Shown here one piece after another: positions 27,410 to 40,073 of a stretch of 64,000 nt of DNA (its first letter is position 1; each line of letters opens with the position of its first letter). The stretch is from Vicugna vicugna (lineage: Eukaryota). The notes under the pieces are model-generated. The model saw only the letters and a list, made by a program, of their open reading frames with translations, was not told the DNA's origin and did no database searches. Location: the NCBI GenBank assembly GCA_013265495.1, contig MU058226.1, positions 706,741-770,740 on the forward strand. The letters are read 5' to 3'. Position numbers and translations under genes: made by a program.

Positions 27410-28224
27410 ATTACCTGCCTAGTGCAGGGGATTAAAATAGCATTGAGCTAGATCCATATATTAGTGTAAAAATCTGTGTCTCTCCCCCCAAAAATGTACA
27501 AACCCCAAGTGATTATAGAAAAACCAATGTGGCAGCTACGATAGAGATGTCCAACCCCAGGGCCACAGGCCATTCCTCTCTTTCCCTCTAATCCCAATAT
27601 TTATTCCACAGAAACATACAGGCTTAGAGCAGTTCTAGCTATAGCACGGCAGGTGGGAAGTGGGGAGGCTGGGGGCGGGGCAGGGATCACCCCCACGTCC
27701 AGTGTTTCAGAGGATGGAGGGAGAGGCCAAAGCTGAAGGCAATTCCAGGATGAGGCACAAGGGAACCTCTTTCTCCCTTTCTTGTCCTCCTCACTCCCCA
27801 CATTCTCAGCCAGCAGGGTCCAGTGTGTGACGGAGAGAGAGCGGCTGGAGGCCACAGCCTTCTCTCCAGGAACCAGTGTTGTCCAGGGGGGCCCAGGTGC
27901 TCCAGTGGGTCAGGTCCAGTGTCTGCCCTGTATTTGCCCCCACCCTCCCCCAAGGGACAGTGAGAGGTGGTCAGAGAGGAGCCCATCCACAGGGCCAGCT
28001 GGGTGGGCGGCAGGAGAGGAGCAGGAAGGGGGCACAAGAGCGTGTCCGGGGAAGGGAGGGCGGCAGCTCCCTGGCAGGCCCAGCCCACCTGCAGCCACAC
28101 TGCCTCTCTCAGAAGTGACGGGTGGTCAGGAGGGAATGGAGTGTGGTGCCATTAGCTCCTCTTGTTTAGTGCTGTTGGCCTCCCCTGAATCCTCCCTGAG
28201 GGAGGGATGGCTGGGTGTCGTGAT

Positions 28225-31200
28225 TCACACTGTGTTGAGCGCATCTTCTGCCAGGAACCGATGCAGCTGGGAAAAGGGTGGTCGCTGCTCAGCCTCCCGG
28301 CTCCAGCACCGAAGCATCAGCTCATACAGGCCCAGTGGGCAGGCTGGGGGCCGGGACAGGTACACCTGCATTGTGGCAGTGTGGACGAAAGGCAGGAAAC
28401 AAATGTTCTTCAGTCCCCAAAATGACATTGTGGCCATCCTGAACCCCCCAGCCCCATGTTCCCTCCCCTCTGCTCTGACCTGCCGGCCCTGGTCCCGGAA
28501 GAACTCTCCTGCGTTCTCGATGACTTGCTCATCGGTGAGCTGCCCAAAGGGCTGGGCCCTGCAGAGCATCAGCACCTCCCACAGGGTCACCCCGAAGGCC
28601 CACACATCACTTGCGGTCGTGAACTTCCCCTGGTGCATGGATAAGGCAACAGAGGCCAAGAAAGACATAAGGCAACAGAGACCCTCCTCCACTCCCCACC
28701 AGGGCCCCACATTCACTCAGCATCACCTCCACCCACAGCCCCCTGACTCCCTCCCAACCCCTGGGGCTCCACCCTCCTTAGCTGGCCCTCTTTCCCACTA
28801 AGCCTGTTCCTCTCCTCCGCTCTGCCTCCTTTCCCCTGCTTTAGTCCTCTCCCTTACATCTTCCAGTTTCTACCCATCCTTCCCCCCTTTTTCTGGTCCT
28901 GACTCTCCCAGCTCATCGCCTTCTATCTCTAGCCTCCTTATCTCTCTTGTTTTCTGCTACCCTGACTCCATTTCTCATACCCACTCCTGGCTCCTGGACC
29001 CTCTCCCATCACACCATACCTCCCTGTTTTCTCCAGTCCCTGAGCCAGAGGGAACCTCATAGAGCACTGGTCCAAACCCTCCCTTTATAGGTGAGGAAAC
29101 TGCAGTCCAGGGAATCAAGTGACTGAACGAGATCCCAGAGCTTCAAGTGGCAGCCAGTGTTCCCGACCTCCCCTCTCTGCCCGCCTCTCGGAGCCTCTCA
29201 CCATGAGGATGCACTCCCAGGCCATCCACCGGATGGGCAGCACCGCCCGGCCTTGCACACGGTAATAGTCCCCGGCATAGAGGTTCCGGCTCATGCCAAA
29301 GTCGGCGATTTTGATGGTGAAGTTTTCCCCAACCAGGCAGTTCCTCGTAGCCAGGTCCCGATGCACAAAATTGAGTGTGGCCAGATAGCGCATGCCCGAG
29401 GCAATCTGGGCTGCCACATGCAGCAACATCGGGTAGCTGAGTACAAGAGCCAACAACAGAGGGTTACAGGGGTCATCCCCACATCACAGATTTCCCAGGA
29501 GACGAAGGGGCACCCTTTCCGCAGGACTGGGTTACCCCTCCTCCTGTGCAGAGATGGAAAGCCCAGGTGGAGGCCCTTGGGAAGGTGCCCACTCAACCTT
29601 TCTTGAGCTCATCCAACAGCAGGGAGTTAACTGATTTCATTATGCTCCCCAACCTGGCCTCGGGCAGAGAGGGTGAGAGGGCACAGGGAACTTCCTGACA
29701 AAGTCCACATCCCTCCACCACCCTCACTGTCGTCATCTCTGGCCTTTCTGCCCCTCGGGTTCTGGATGAACACAGCCACCTGTCTCACCCCAGGCCTCCT
29801 CCTGGAACCTCTACCTGCCTGCCCACCCCATGCTCCCCCCTTTCCCTCTAAGCTGGAGTGAGGGGAGAGCAGGAGACCCCCTTGGGGAACTCTCAAGGAA
29901 GGGTGAGCCTAGACAAGTGGGTACCTGATGGTGGGCCCCTGGGCAGCCTCCCCAGCCCCAGCCCCCTCTGCCGCCTTGTCCTCTAGCTGGTGGGCGCTGA
30001 GGAACTGGTTGAGGTCGCCGTTCTCCATGTAGTCTGTGATCATGCAGAGGGGGTCGTCCTGCACACACACGCCCAGGAGCCGGATGATGTTTGGGTCCTT
30101 TAGCCTGGACATGATCTTCACCTCCTTCAGGAAATCATTCCTGAAGAAGCAGGGAGAAGGTGGCAGGGAGCCAAGGGGCTGACCTGCACCATCCCCCCCA
30201 GCTCCTGTGGTCCAGTGCCCCACCCTGCATGGGCACCAACCCTCTAGTCCCAGGACGCTCCCCCTCTGTTGGCCTCCACCAGGTTTCTCTCTGAATCGCT
30301 CCCCGCTCTTCACCGCCTCTGCTCCCTTCTTCTGGACGCCATCTCTGGTCCTCACCTGGCATTCTTGGTGGCATCTGGCCGTAGGATCTTGACAGCTACC
30401 AGCAACGGGTGTCCCTTGCGCACATTGAGGGGGAAATCAAGACTGACCAGGTCTTGAGGGCTATCTATCTCACACAGGTGGACCTGAAGAAAGGAGGCGA
30501 TGTGCCAGGGGGTCACAAGGTCCACCAAGGTGACAGGGTCACCTGGGACAAGTCATAGGTGACAGGTTCCTGGCCAAGGGGTTGTGTGGGCACGGCATCA
30601 GAGCGCCAGACAGGCAGACACTGATGGCTGGCAGGGCCCTTCTTACCTCCCCAAACTGGCCCTCGCCAAGCTTCTCCTTGAACCGGAGCCGCGAACGAGG
30701 GAAATCCACTCTGGGGGGCCCATCCCCAGCCGCCCCTGGGGGCAGCGCAGGCACAGCATAGGTGTTGCCCCCGGTGACGCCCTGCAGGGTGACAATGTCA
30801 GCCTCGGCATAATGGGGGACGCTGTTCTGGGGAGGTGGGGGCAGAAGCGGGGCACCCGGCTTCTCAGGCTCCATATAGTCCCCACTGCAGGCTGGAGGGG
30901 TAAGGGGAAAGAAGACAGGACAAGGCATCAGGGACAGCCCCTGAGAGCCACGGTTCTCCACACTCGTGCCTCCCAGAAGCCCCCCCCATCTCCCAGTTGG
31001 GTGAGAGACTGGGTCTACCCTCCATCCTCCTGGTATTCTACCCACCAGCCTCCAGCCAGAGAAGGCACTGCTGGATAAGAGTTAGCTGTGACAGAGCTTT
31101 AAAAGCAGTGGAAATGGCTGAGCAAAGAATGTTGTAAAGTCTTCTCTAGGGATCCCAGCACAACCCAAGACTGTGGGGAGTCTCGGCTAAAAGTGGAATT

Positions 31201-34200
31201 CCTCTGCCCATCATCGGAAGAGGGATGGTCGCAGCCATCTAGTTACCCTCCACTTTCCGAACCCTTGTCCCCCTCCCATTCACATAGCTGTTTGGCCCTG
31301 CCATGGCTACCCAAACCCTCCCTGACCCAACACGCCAAGCTCAAAGACAGGCACGGACAGGGGCACACAGAGACAGGGAGGGGAACACTTCCTCATGGCC
31401 CGCACAACAGGGAGTCTACAGACAGGAGAGGAAGCAGAGCTGTCCCCTCAGCAACAAAAGAAGGCAACATGGAGGAGAAGGGGAGCAGACAGGAAGGGCG
31501 GGGTGCGGGCAAGGAGAGGACACACTGGGGGAGAGGGCAGGCACCCAGGGTGAGGCCCTCCTCGAAGCTCTAGAGAGAGGGCAGGGTGAAGGAGGGGTCA
31601 CCTCCTCTGGCTCTGGAGAGCTGAAGCAATGGGAGAGGAGGAGGGGGACAGAGCTGAGAACCACGGAGCTTTCTACTCCTCAGCTCAAGGTGGGGAGGGG
31701 CAGGGCCTTAAAAAGGAGCAAGCAGCAGCAGAGGAGAGCTAAGGGCACAAGAGCTTCCTCCTTGGGAGCTCAGGAGAGCGGAAGAGGCCACAGTGGGGAG
31801 AGGAGGGAGTGCAAAGTGTGAGGACTTTTCCCTGCCCCAGTAGAGGTACAGGAGCTTGGCGGAGCCCGGGGCAGAGGGGCTTACCCTGGGTGTTGGTGGG
31901 TTTGGCCCAGGCGGGTGTGGGGGGGCCCGGGCCTCGAGAGGGGCGGGCGTAAGTGGCCAGAAGGAGGCGGTAGGCTGGATTGGAGAGCAGCAACGCTGTC
32001 GGGAGAAGGAAGGGGGGAACACGGGGAAGGGATGAGACTCAAGGCTAGACAAGACAGGGAGACCCAGAATAGGGCGAGACTAGGGCTGATGAGAACGAAT
32101 GTACTAAGAGACAGAGACAGGACAGAACAAGGATCTGGAGTGCTGGATAACTGGATGGGTAGGTGATGGATGGATGGATAAAGGGAAAATGGATGGATGG
32201 ATAAGACAGACAAATGGATGGATGAATATATATGGATGGATAGATGGACAAACGGATGAATGAGGAATGGATAAATGGATATATATATAGATGGATGGAT
32301 GGATGAGTGGAGGGATGGATACTGGATGAGTTGATGGAGGGCAGAATGAACATGGTAGTGTAGGAGAAAGGACAGGAGCCAGGAAGACACAATGAGAGGG
32401 CACAACAGAGAAGAGAGAGGGATGTGTACGAGACACAGAGACAGAATGAGACCACTGGGGGTTATGGGTGATATGTGGGAAATTCCCAAGGGATTATGTG
32501 GGAGGGACATAAGAGTAATATAGAAGGTGGTGACCAGGGACCAAATAAGAAAAATAAGTTGAAACTAGGGAAGACAGGAAAAGCAGGGAACGGTAAAGGA
32601 GAGGGATACACAAGAAGACGGCATAGAGGATGGAGGTGGCACTGGAACAAGGCAGGTCTTACCAGAGCCATTAGGGATGCTGGGAGCAGAGTGGGGCGGA
32701 TTCCCACGAGGTCGGGGCTCCTGGTAAGGGGGTGGCTCTCGAGGACCTGGGCGGTTGTTGATGAGGATGGTGTCCCCAGGGACAGAGAGGTGAACCGTCA
32801 GCTCCTCTTCTAATACCCGCCGCTCAGCCTTGTCGTGGGGAATGGGAAACATTAGTGGCGGCTACTACTTAGTGCACACTTCCCAGCTCTTTGTTAAGTG
32901 CTATACCTGTGTTCCCTTCTTCCGTCCTCACAACGTTCCTACAGTTGCATCTACTATTAATTCCACCTCACAGGTGAAGAAACAGAGGCTCAAGAGCATT
33001 TAAGTGAGTTCCAGCCATGAAATCCTACCAGTCCATAAACTTCAACACGTATCACCACCACTGGACTCCCGCCTGAAGTCATGGGCTTGGGAGGCACCAG
33101 ACTTCTGGTCGCTCCTCTAGCTCTACTCGCGGCCTTTTCCCACCCAGCTATGGCCCCAAGAGGCTGACCAGTATGGACCGCACCAATGGCCAGAGAGGAG
33201 CCCCAGCAGGAGTTTGGAGGGCAGGCAGCAAGTGAGGTCAGGGTGTCTATTCTCCCAGCCCCTCCCCGAGGGATGGACCCAGGCCAGCTGCATGACTGAA
33301 CCAAAGCCCGCCGCACCTCTCAGGCGCCGTCTCCACGCTCGTTCCTCCTGGGTTCTGGTAACAGCCACCTCCTCTCAACCCCCGGGGCCCAGGGATGGAA
33401 GCAGCTCTGCGGTGACCAGGCCTAGGGAACTGCACTGCTTCTCGAGATTTCCACACACCCCGCCCACACCTTTGTACAAGGTCTCTTTATTAATGATGAT
33501 TATTATTCTGACCAGACTGTGCTCTGTGGTCCCTGCTGGGCCCTAATGAACATAGGAGTCCAACGCACACTACTGGCCTCATCCCACGTCCGTCCCTCCC
33601 CAGGCGGCCCCACTCCTGGTGGCCCCAAGCCCCATCCCAGTCCACCCACCTTGCTGAGGAGCCTGCGCCAGTGTAGCCGCCACAGCATGAGGGCGATGAT
33701 GAGCAGCAGCAGCAGGATGATAGCCACCAGGCAGCCGATGAGGATGGCAGTTGGGCTCCCCTCGGCCTTGGCCACGGGCTGCTGGCCCCTGGGCTCCAGC
33801 TCTGGCGGAGGCAGAAGGGTCAGGACCACAGAAGGCTTCCTGCCTAAGCTGAGGGGGGCCCAGAGAGAACTAGGGGCACAGGACCCACAGGCCCTGGAGG
33901 AGGCCCCAGGGTGGCTCACCCAAGCTGCTGAAGTTGGTGGGAGGTGGGCCGGGTGGCCACCAGGGGGCGGGTGGGAAGGTGCCCCCCAGAGCCAGGGAGG
34001 AGTCATTCACAACATCTGGAGAAAAGAAAAAGGAGAGGTGAGGTAGGGAGGAGGTGACCCAGGGAGGCACACCTGCACAAGACCAAGGGTTGAGGAAGAG
34101 CAGCAGGGCTGATCTCAGTATATGTACCAACCAGCCAAGATGGTAGGAACAGGATCCTGGAGGGGCGTGGCTGTGCTGGATGTTTACCTTTTAGGTGCTG

Positions 34201-37200
34201 GATTGTGGGGAGAAGCAGGACTCCTGGGGAGAGCCCAGGGTGGGGACCCCGGGTATCAGGAAGCTTAGAGAAGAGCCTGTTTCTCAGCCAGCGCAGAATA
34301 TTTCAGTATTTTAACAACCACACAGTCTTACTGTTCAATGTCAGTCATGAGTGAGGGGCTCATAAAGGAAAAGCCAAGACAGGTGGGGAGAAAGGGAGGG
34401 GGGGTTAAGTTATTTGGGATACCCCTGCTTGGGAAGTTTCATGGGTAATGAGCAGATATGGTACCAGGAGTAGATACCTGGGGGCACTATGGGTCGGCAG
34501 TCCCAGAGATTGGGGACTGGGCACAGACCAGGGGCTTACCAGAGGTGAAGGAGATCTCGCTGAAGAGTAACCACGGCCCAGCAAACAGGAAGCGGCATTG
34601 CAGAAAGCGGCCCACGCGGCCGCCCAGGGGTACTGACACGGCCCGGGCTCTGGGGTCCCCCAGGCTGCCCCCTAGGGCATGCCGCACGGGTTCCCCCTCC
34701 CAGGCCATGGCAGGGCCCCGCTTGAAGCGACACTCCACCCCACCAGGCAGGCGGGCTCCCAGCGTGTGCATGTTGTTGCAGTGGACCTGGTGGGAGGGAG
34801 GAAGGACACAGGGTCAGGGCCAAGCGAGCCCGCCAGGGCACCCACCTGGGAACTGGCTGCACTTACCTGCATGGCCTGGAAGGCCCTCAGCCGGTCAAAC
34901 TCAAACTCCATCTCCACATAGCCACCGGGGAAACTGTGATTGCTCCATCCCACGTAGTCGTAGCCGGGCCAGACCCGTAACTCCTGGCTCTTCCTGAAGT
35001 CATCCAGCCCCACCACGCCATCTGCCAGCTGGCCCAGACCCCCGTACTGCAGCCTGGAGAGGGGGTGGAGGAAGAGGAGGTTGGAAGAGAAGAAAGTGTC
35101 ACCTATCCGGGTGTTCTACACGCCCCCCACCCACCGCCAGGACTCTCCAGGGCAGTTTGCAGTCTCCTACTGCAGAAAGGCACCACCTCTAAGGGGCACC
35201 ACTCAGCCTATGATGTGTGTGTATTTACTGGGACAGTTTCCAATGGCTGTAAGTGTCTTAGCAAAGGAGGGCCTTTTCTAATTCACATGAAGCATCATAT
35301 GAGCTAGTGGTCACCTTGCTACCCCTCAATCCTGGTCATGCCCCTTGAGGCCCACCTAAATCATCTCTCTCTGCGGTTCTTCTCTCTCACTGTGCAGACT
35401 ACATACCAACCTCCCCACCCTCCATCCTCCCACCCCAGGCTCCGTATCCCGCAGGGCTCGCTTCTTTTACCCGCCAACCGTGTGTGTGGTGTGGCCATCG
35501 TAGGTGGAGTCGTTGAGATACACGGCCTCAGATAAGTACATCGTCTGCCCCACAGGGGCTGTGTAAGACAGGAGTCCATCTGGGGCGGGGGGAGGAGGGG
35601 TGTTAGGGGCATGTGGGGCCTGGGTGGGTTTCAGGCCCCTTTCTCATATCCCTCCACAGCCTACTGGCATGGAGGAGGCAATGCTGGCCAGTCCCCTCCT
35701 CACTCAAGAGTAACAGCTCCCCAAGAGAAAGAGGATCCTGGATGCCCCTCTCCCCAGCCCCCAGGACAGGAACAAATTCTCAGGGGTCTGAACGACTCAC
35801 CCTTCCAGAGGCAGCCGTAGAGCTCCACCCGCAGACAGACGCTCATCACCCGGTCTGCCCGGGGGTAGAAGCGAACCAGTCGGGCCACCATGGGGGGCCC
35901 AAGGTCCTTCAGCACCACTCCCCCAGGATCCTCATTACCTAAGATCACCTGTGGGCCAGATGTGGGGGATGTGTGGGAAAGGCTCCAGGTGGGGTCTAAC
36001 TTTTCCATCACTAGCTGCTCCCTGGCCCCGCCCACAGAGAGACCCATGAAGGCTGGCACTGAGCACCCAGGGTCAGGGGTTACAGCCAGGCATTTGCAAG
36101 ACAAGGGCCTACAGCAGTGACCTCTGATGCCTCTTGGTCTGATGGTCTGTCCTCAACTTCCAGTGTCAGCCCCCCCACCACCCCTCACCTGGCTCCAGTC
36201 ACTTGTCTCTAAGCCGCTCATCCCCTTGTGCCCAGATTTTATGAGTCCCTCTCAACTCTGCACCCTGCACCCCCTCTTCCTTCACCCCACTCCCTCTGTT
36301 CACTTAGCAAAGGCTGGCTCAGCACTCACTCTGTGCCAGCCAGGCAAATTGTAGGTGGTGAGCAGCAGTCCCTCCCCAGTAGGACTGGGAGTCCACTGGG
36401 AGAGACAAGAGGCAGCGTGTGGGGCTGGGGCAGTGGGAGGTGGGACAGTAGGGAGTCAGAAGAGGCTCTCTGAGGAGGTGACATCTGGGGGGAGAATTGA
36501 ATGGAGGGAGGAGAGCCTGTGGGCAGCTGTGGTGAGGAGCTTCCCAGGCAAAGAGAACAGCAAGTGAAGGGAGATGTACTGAGGCTGGAGGATGAGCCCT
36601 AGCTTGTTCCAGGAATGGCAAGAACATCAGCGCAGCCCAGGTGGAGTGAGACTGGGGGAGAGGAGCAAGGGATGTGGATGAGAGCCAGCACAGGCTGAGC
36701 CTCTGCACCCAGGACACAGCTCAGCTTTTGTTCTGGCAGCGAGGAAAGCCAGCGGAGGGCTGTGAGCCAGTGTGCGGCATTTGCTTTGCATTTTCTCCGG
36801 TACCCTGGATGTAGTCTCCAGGTGGAGATCTGACTTCAGGGAAGAAGCCGGGAGAACAGTTTGGAGACACTTGCACTCATCTAAGTCAGGACAGCGGGGG
36901 CCTGGCCTAGGGCGGTAAACGTGGAGGTGGTGCGTGGTGAGAAGTGGTCAGATGCAGGAAATATCACAGGGGTGGGGTTGGGGGGGGTGGAGGAGAGACT
37001 GGCCTTGCTGATGCTTTGGAAGGAGATGGTGAGAGGAAAAGAGGAATCAGGGCTATCATCTTAGCTTATGGCCTGAGCAACTGGGCCCATGGTGGTACCA
37101 TTTACTGAGCTGGAGAATTCAGAGAGGAGGAGTAGGTTTAGGGGGACCCAGGTTCAGCTTGAGAAGTTGATGGTAAGTTTGAGATGCCCAGTAGACATCT

Positions 37201-38081
37201 AGGTGGAAAGCGGTCAGGTTTGCAACACTAGATGGAGCTCAGGGGAGCTGCTTGGGCTGGAGAGGGTATACACTGCAGAGTCATCAGCGGATGGGTGGTA
37301 CAGCTGGAGGAGGGAGGAGAGAGGGGAGCAACCTTCCCTGGGCGCTGCCCCTGCCAGCCTCACCTCCTGGCCCCAGCGGTCCCTCCAGTCCATCCAGCGG
37401 TGGCCGTCCCGGGAGTAACGCAGCCGGTAGCTGGGAGAGAACTCCTTGCCCAGGCCCCCTGCATGCCGCCCCTGGGTGCCCACCAGTGCCACCAGGTGCA
37501 GCCGCCGCAGGTCCACCTGCAGGTACTCCTCCTCCTTGGGAAACACCGGCCCTGCAGGGCACCATGCCCCATCTCCATCACTGCTCTCCAGCCTGAGAAG
37601 GGGTGGGAGGTCACAGGGAATATGTGACCCCAGGTTTGCCTCTGTCTCCAGTATTTAAACCCCACCCTCCTGACCCCTGCCCAGTACTATGGGTGTTTCA
37701 TCAGCATTGGCCCTCTCAGAAGCCTCCTGGCTTGGGCAGAGGTTTGGAAGGGCAAGTAGAAGCCCCAGGAGTTCCCTCCAGCGCAGCCCCAGGTGTGGCA
37801 GGTACCTGCTGTGGCGAGCAGCAGTGGAATCTGACCAAGAGCTGGAGGCAGAGATGTCACCATCCGGGATGGTCCGGTCCTGCATGCCCAGGGCATAGCG
37901 GCACTTGGCTGGGTGAAGACAGGCATATGGAAGGTCAAAGCCCCCGACTCGATCTCCCAAGCCCCATCCCTCAGGAGCCAGTCTCCTCACCAGGATCAAA
38001 ATGTCCCTTCATGTCAGCATCTCCAGGTCCCGCCAAGAGCAGCAGCAGCAGCAATAGAGATGAGAGGGCCCCTGGCCCCAT
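28225..38081 (-). CDS. DDR1: Discoidin domain receptor tyrosine kinase 1 (collagen receptor), 917 aa b-isoform, 17 coding exons
   Basis: Exons: 37991-38081, 37806-37908, 37364-37592, 35801-35948, 35471-35579, 34867-35053, 34540-34786, 33920-34015, 33650-33801, 32663-32828, 31885-31995 (111-nt alternative NPAY exon), 30647-30891, 30356-30483, 29925-30140, 29202-29436, 28480-28629, 28225-28365. 2754 nt. Signal peptide, discoidin domain (CRYALGMQD), TM helix, kinase motifs [21 protein letters not shown] and YAGDYY. Confidence 0.98.
32153..32340. repeat. Degenerate (TGGA)n / (TCCA)n tetranucleotide repeat in the DDR1 intron preceding the alternative exon
   Basis: GGATGGGTAGGTGATGGATGGATGGATAAAGG...ATGGATGGATGGATGAGTGGAGGGATGGAT. 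Confidence 0.9.
35949..36037 (-). ncRNA. Sequence homologous to the human MIR4640 tailed-mirtron hairpin (function unproven)
   Basis: Minus strand CTGTGGGCGGGGCCAGGGAGCAGCTAGTG...ATCTGGCCCACAG ends exactly at the 3' splice site of exon 35801-35948. It resembles hsa-mir-4640 as recalled. Confidence 0.35.
36440..37260. mobile_element. L2 LINE fragment (DDR1 intron)
   Basis: GAAGAGGCTCTCTGAGGAGGTGACATCTG...GGCCTGAGCAACTGGG...TTTGAGATGCCCAGTAGACATCTAGGTGGA. Confidence 0.65.
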
Positions 38082-38419
38082 AGCTCCGGATCCCTCAGGC
38101 CTAAGGAGGAGGGGGCAGCATCTCTGCAAGGGACATAATGGGTGGAGGTGGGGGGGGTAAGTTAAAGGGCGATCAGGGAGACTGGTCCCAGCCAACAACA
38201 AGAGAGACAGAATGGGCTGCTTTGGGTATAATGGCAGTAAAAGGACAACAGGCATTGTTTAACAGCATTGGCTATACTTTTAGAATGATTCCCAGGTACC
38301 AGACACTGGGCTAAACTCTGTTCCCCTCCCCACCTACAAGCCCAGAATTCTAAGAGAAGTGGGGGACTCCAGCGCCTTCTAATCTCAGTGTCCTCTATAG
38401 CCCTGATGGTTCCTGTCCC

Positions 38420-38545
38420 AGCAACTTTGGCAACACCTGAGAGCTTGGGAGAAATGCAGAATCTCAGGTCTCACCCAAAACTGGCTGAATCAGAATCTGC
38501 ATTTTAACACAATCCCCAGTTTATCTGTGCCTATTGAGAATTCCT
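38420..38545. mobile_element. MER5A-like DNA transposon
   Basis: CACCTGAGAGCTTGGGAGAAATGCAGAATCTCAGG...GAATCAGAATCTGCATTTTAAC. Confidence 0.7.
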
Positions 38546-39650
38546 CACCAGGGCCCAGGCAGCTTGCCTCCCAAAAAAGCATTTCAACTACAACTCCTTA
38601 TGGACCCAGGTATCCACTCTCCCAGACCCAGCCCCAGGAAAAGTGATCCTGACCTGTCCTCTTCCCAGCAGAGGTCTGTACTGAGTTTTCCAGGCCCTGG
38701 GATCCTTCGGGGCCCTGGTGCCACTCCTCAACCCTGACCCCCTCTGCCATCAGGTCCAAAGTGTTCCATCCCCACACCCTGCTCGGCCTTCCCAAGACCC
38801 CAACATCCTATCCATTCAGTTCCCAAATTCTGAAGGGGGCTTTCTCAGAAGGAAGAGCGCAGGGCTGAGGAAAAGGCTGAGTTGCCTTGGAGATGAGGGC
38901 GGGTCTAAAGACACAGAAGCCAGGTCACCCCAGGAGGTAGGAGGAGTGGGGGATACTCCCCCATCCCTTTGTCCTCCTCCAGTTGCTCCCACAATGCTCT
39001 AGGGCAGGAATGTAAGAGGCAGCTGAGCCCCCACAGCTCCCAGCAGCAGCTGAGGGGGCTGACTGAGTTGTGGGGGGACCTGGGTATCAAAGGAGAGTTA
39101 GAACCAGAAACATTACACCTAGCCTCTTGGGGGTCCAGAAGCTGGCACAGGGGAGCAAGCTGCTGGACCCCCAGGCAGCCAGCCTGGAATTCCTGGGTGC
39201 TCCTCTCCACCCCCACCTCTCTCGGGAACAGCGGGGCCCTTGTTCCCCTGAGTAACCTTCATGCCTATCCCAGATGAGTCATCGGAGCCAGACGGAGCAA
39301 GAGGAGCCCGGGGCAGAGATACAAAGACAGGCAGAGGATAGAAGGCAGGGGGAGACAGGGCGAGGAACACAAAGCAAGAGGTAAACAGAGCAGGCTTCGG
39401 AGTGCGGAGTGCGGGGCACAAAGCCAAGCAGAGAAACACAGAGAGATGTATGGGGCAATCTGTTCTCTGACACCCAGTCACCCCATTTCTCTCCACTGGG
39501 TCAGAAACACCAAGGACAGGCCCAGAAGATCTACACCAACTCTGCCCCACTACAACCAATTACAAGCCAGGGGCTGTGACACTGCCTCAAGCTCTTCACC
39601 CACCTCTCCCAACCCACAACCCCTACCCTAGACAACACACACACAGCTCA

Positions 39651-39651
<1 letters not shown>

Positions 39652-39720
<69 letters not shown>

Positions 39721-40023
39721 NNNNNNNNNNNNNNNNNNNNNNNNNNNNNNNNNNNNNNNNNNNNNNNNNNNNNNNNNNNNNNNNNNNNNNNNNNNNNNNN
39801 NNNNNNNNNNNNNNNNNNNNNNNNNNNNNNNNNNNNNNNNNNNNNNNNNNNNNNNNNNNNNNNNNNNNNNNNNNNNNNNNNNNNNNNNNNNNNNNNNNNN
39901 NNNNNNNNNNNNNNNNNNNNNNNNNNNNNNNNNNNNNNNNNNNNNNNNNNNNNNNNNNNNNNNNNNNNNNNNNNNNNNNNNNNNNNNNNNNNNNNNNNNN
40001 NNNNNNNNNNNNNNNNNNNNNNN

Positions 40024-40071
<48 letters not shown>
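39652..40071. repeat. (CA)n microsatellite interrupted by an assembly gap (N at 39721-40023)
   Basis: Pure CA runs on both sides of 303 N. Confidence 0.95.

Positions 40072-40073
<2 letters not shown>

Noticed and set aside
27782..28801. 339-aa plus-strand ORF
   Set aside because: Antisense to DDR1 last exons and 3' UTR, non-ATG start, low-complexity composition and no recognisable domain.
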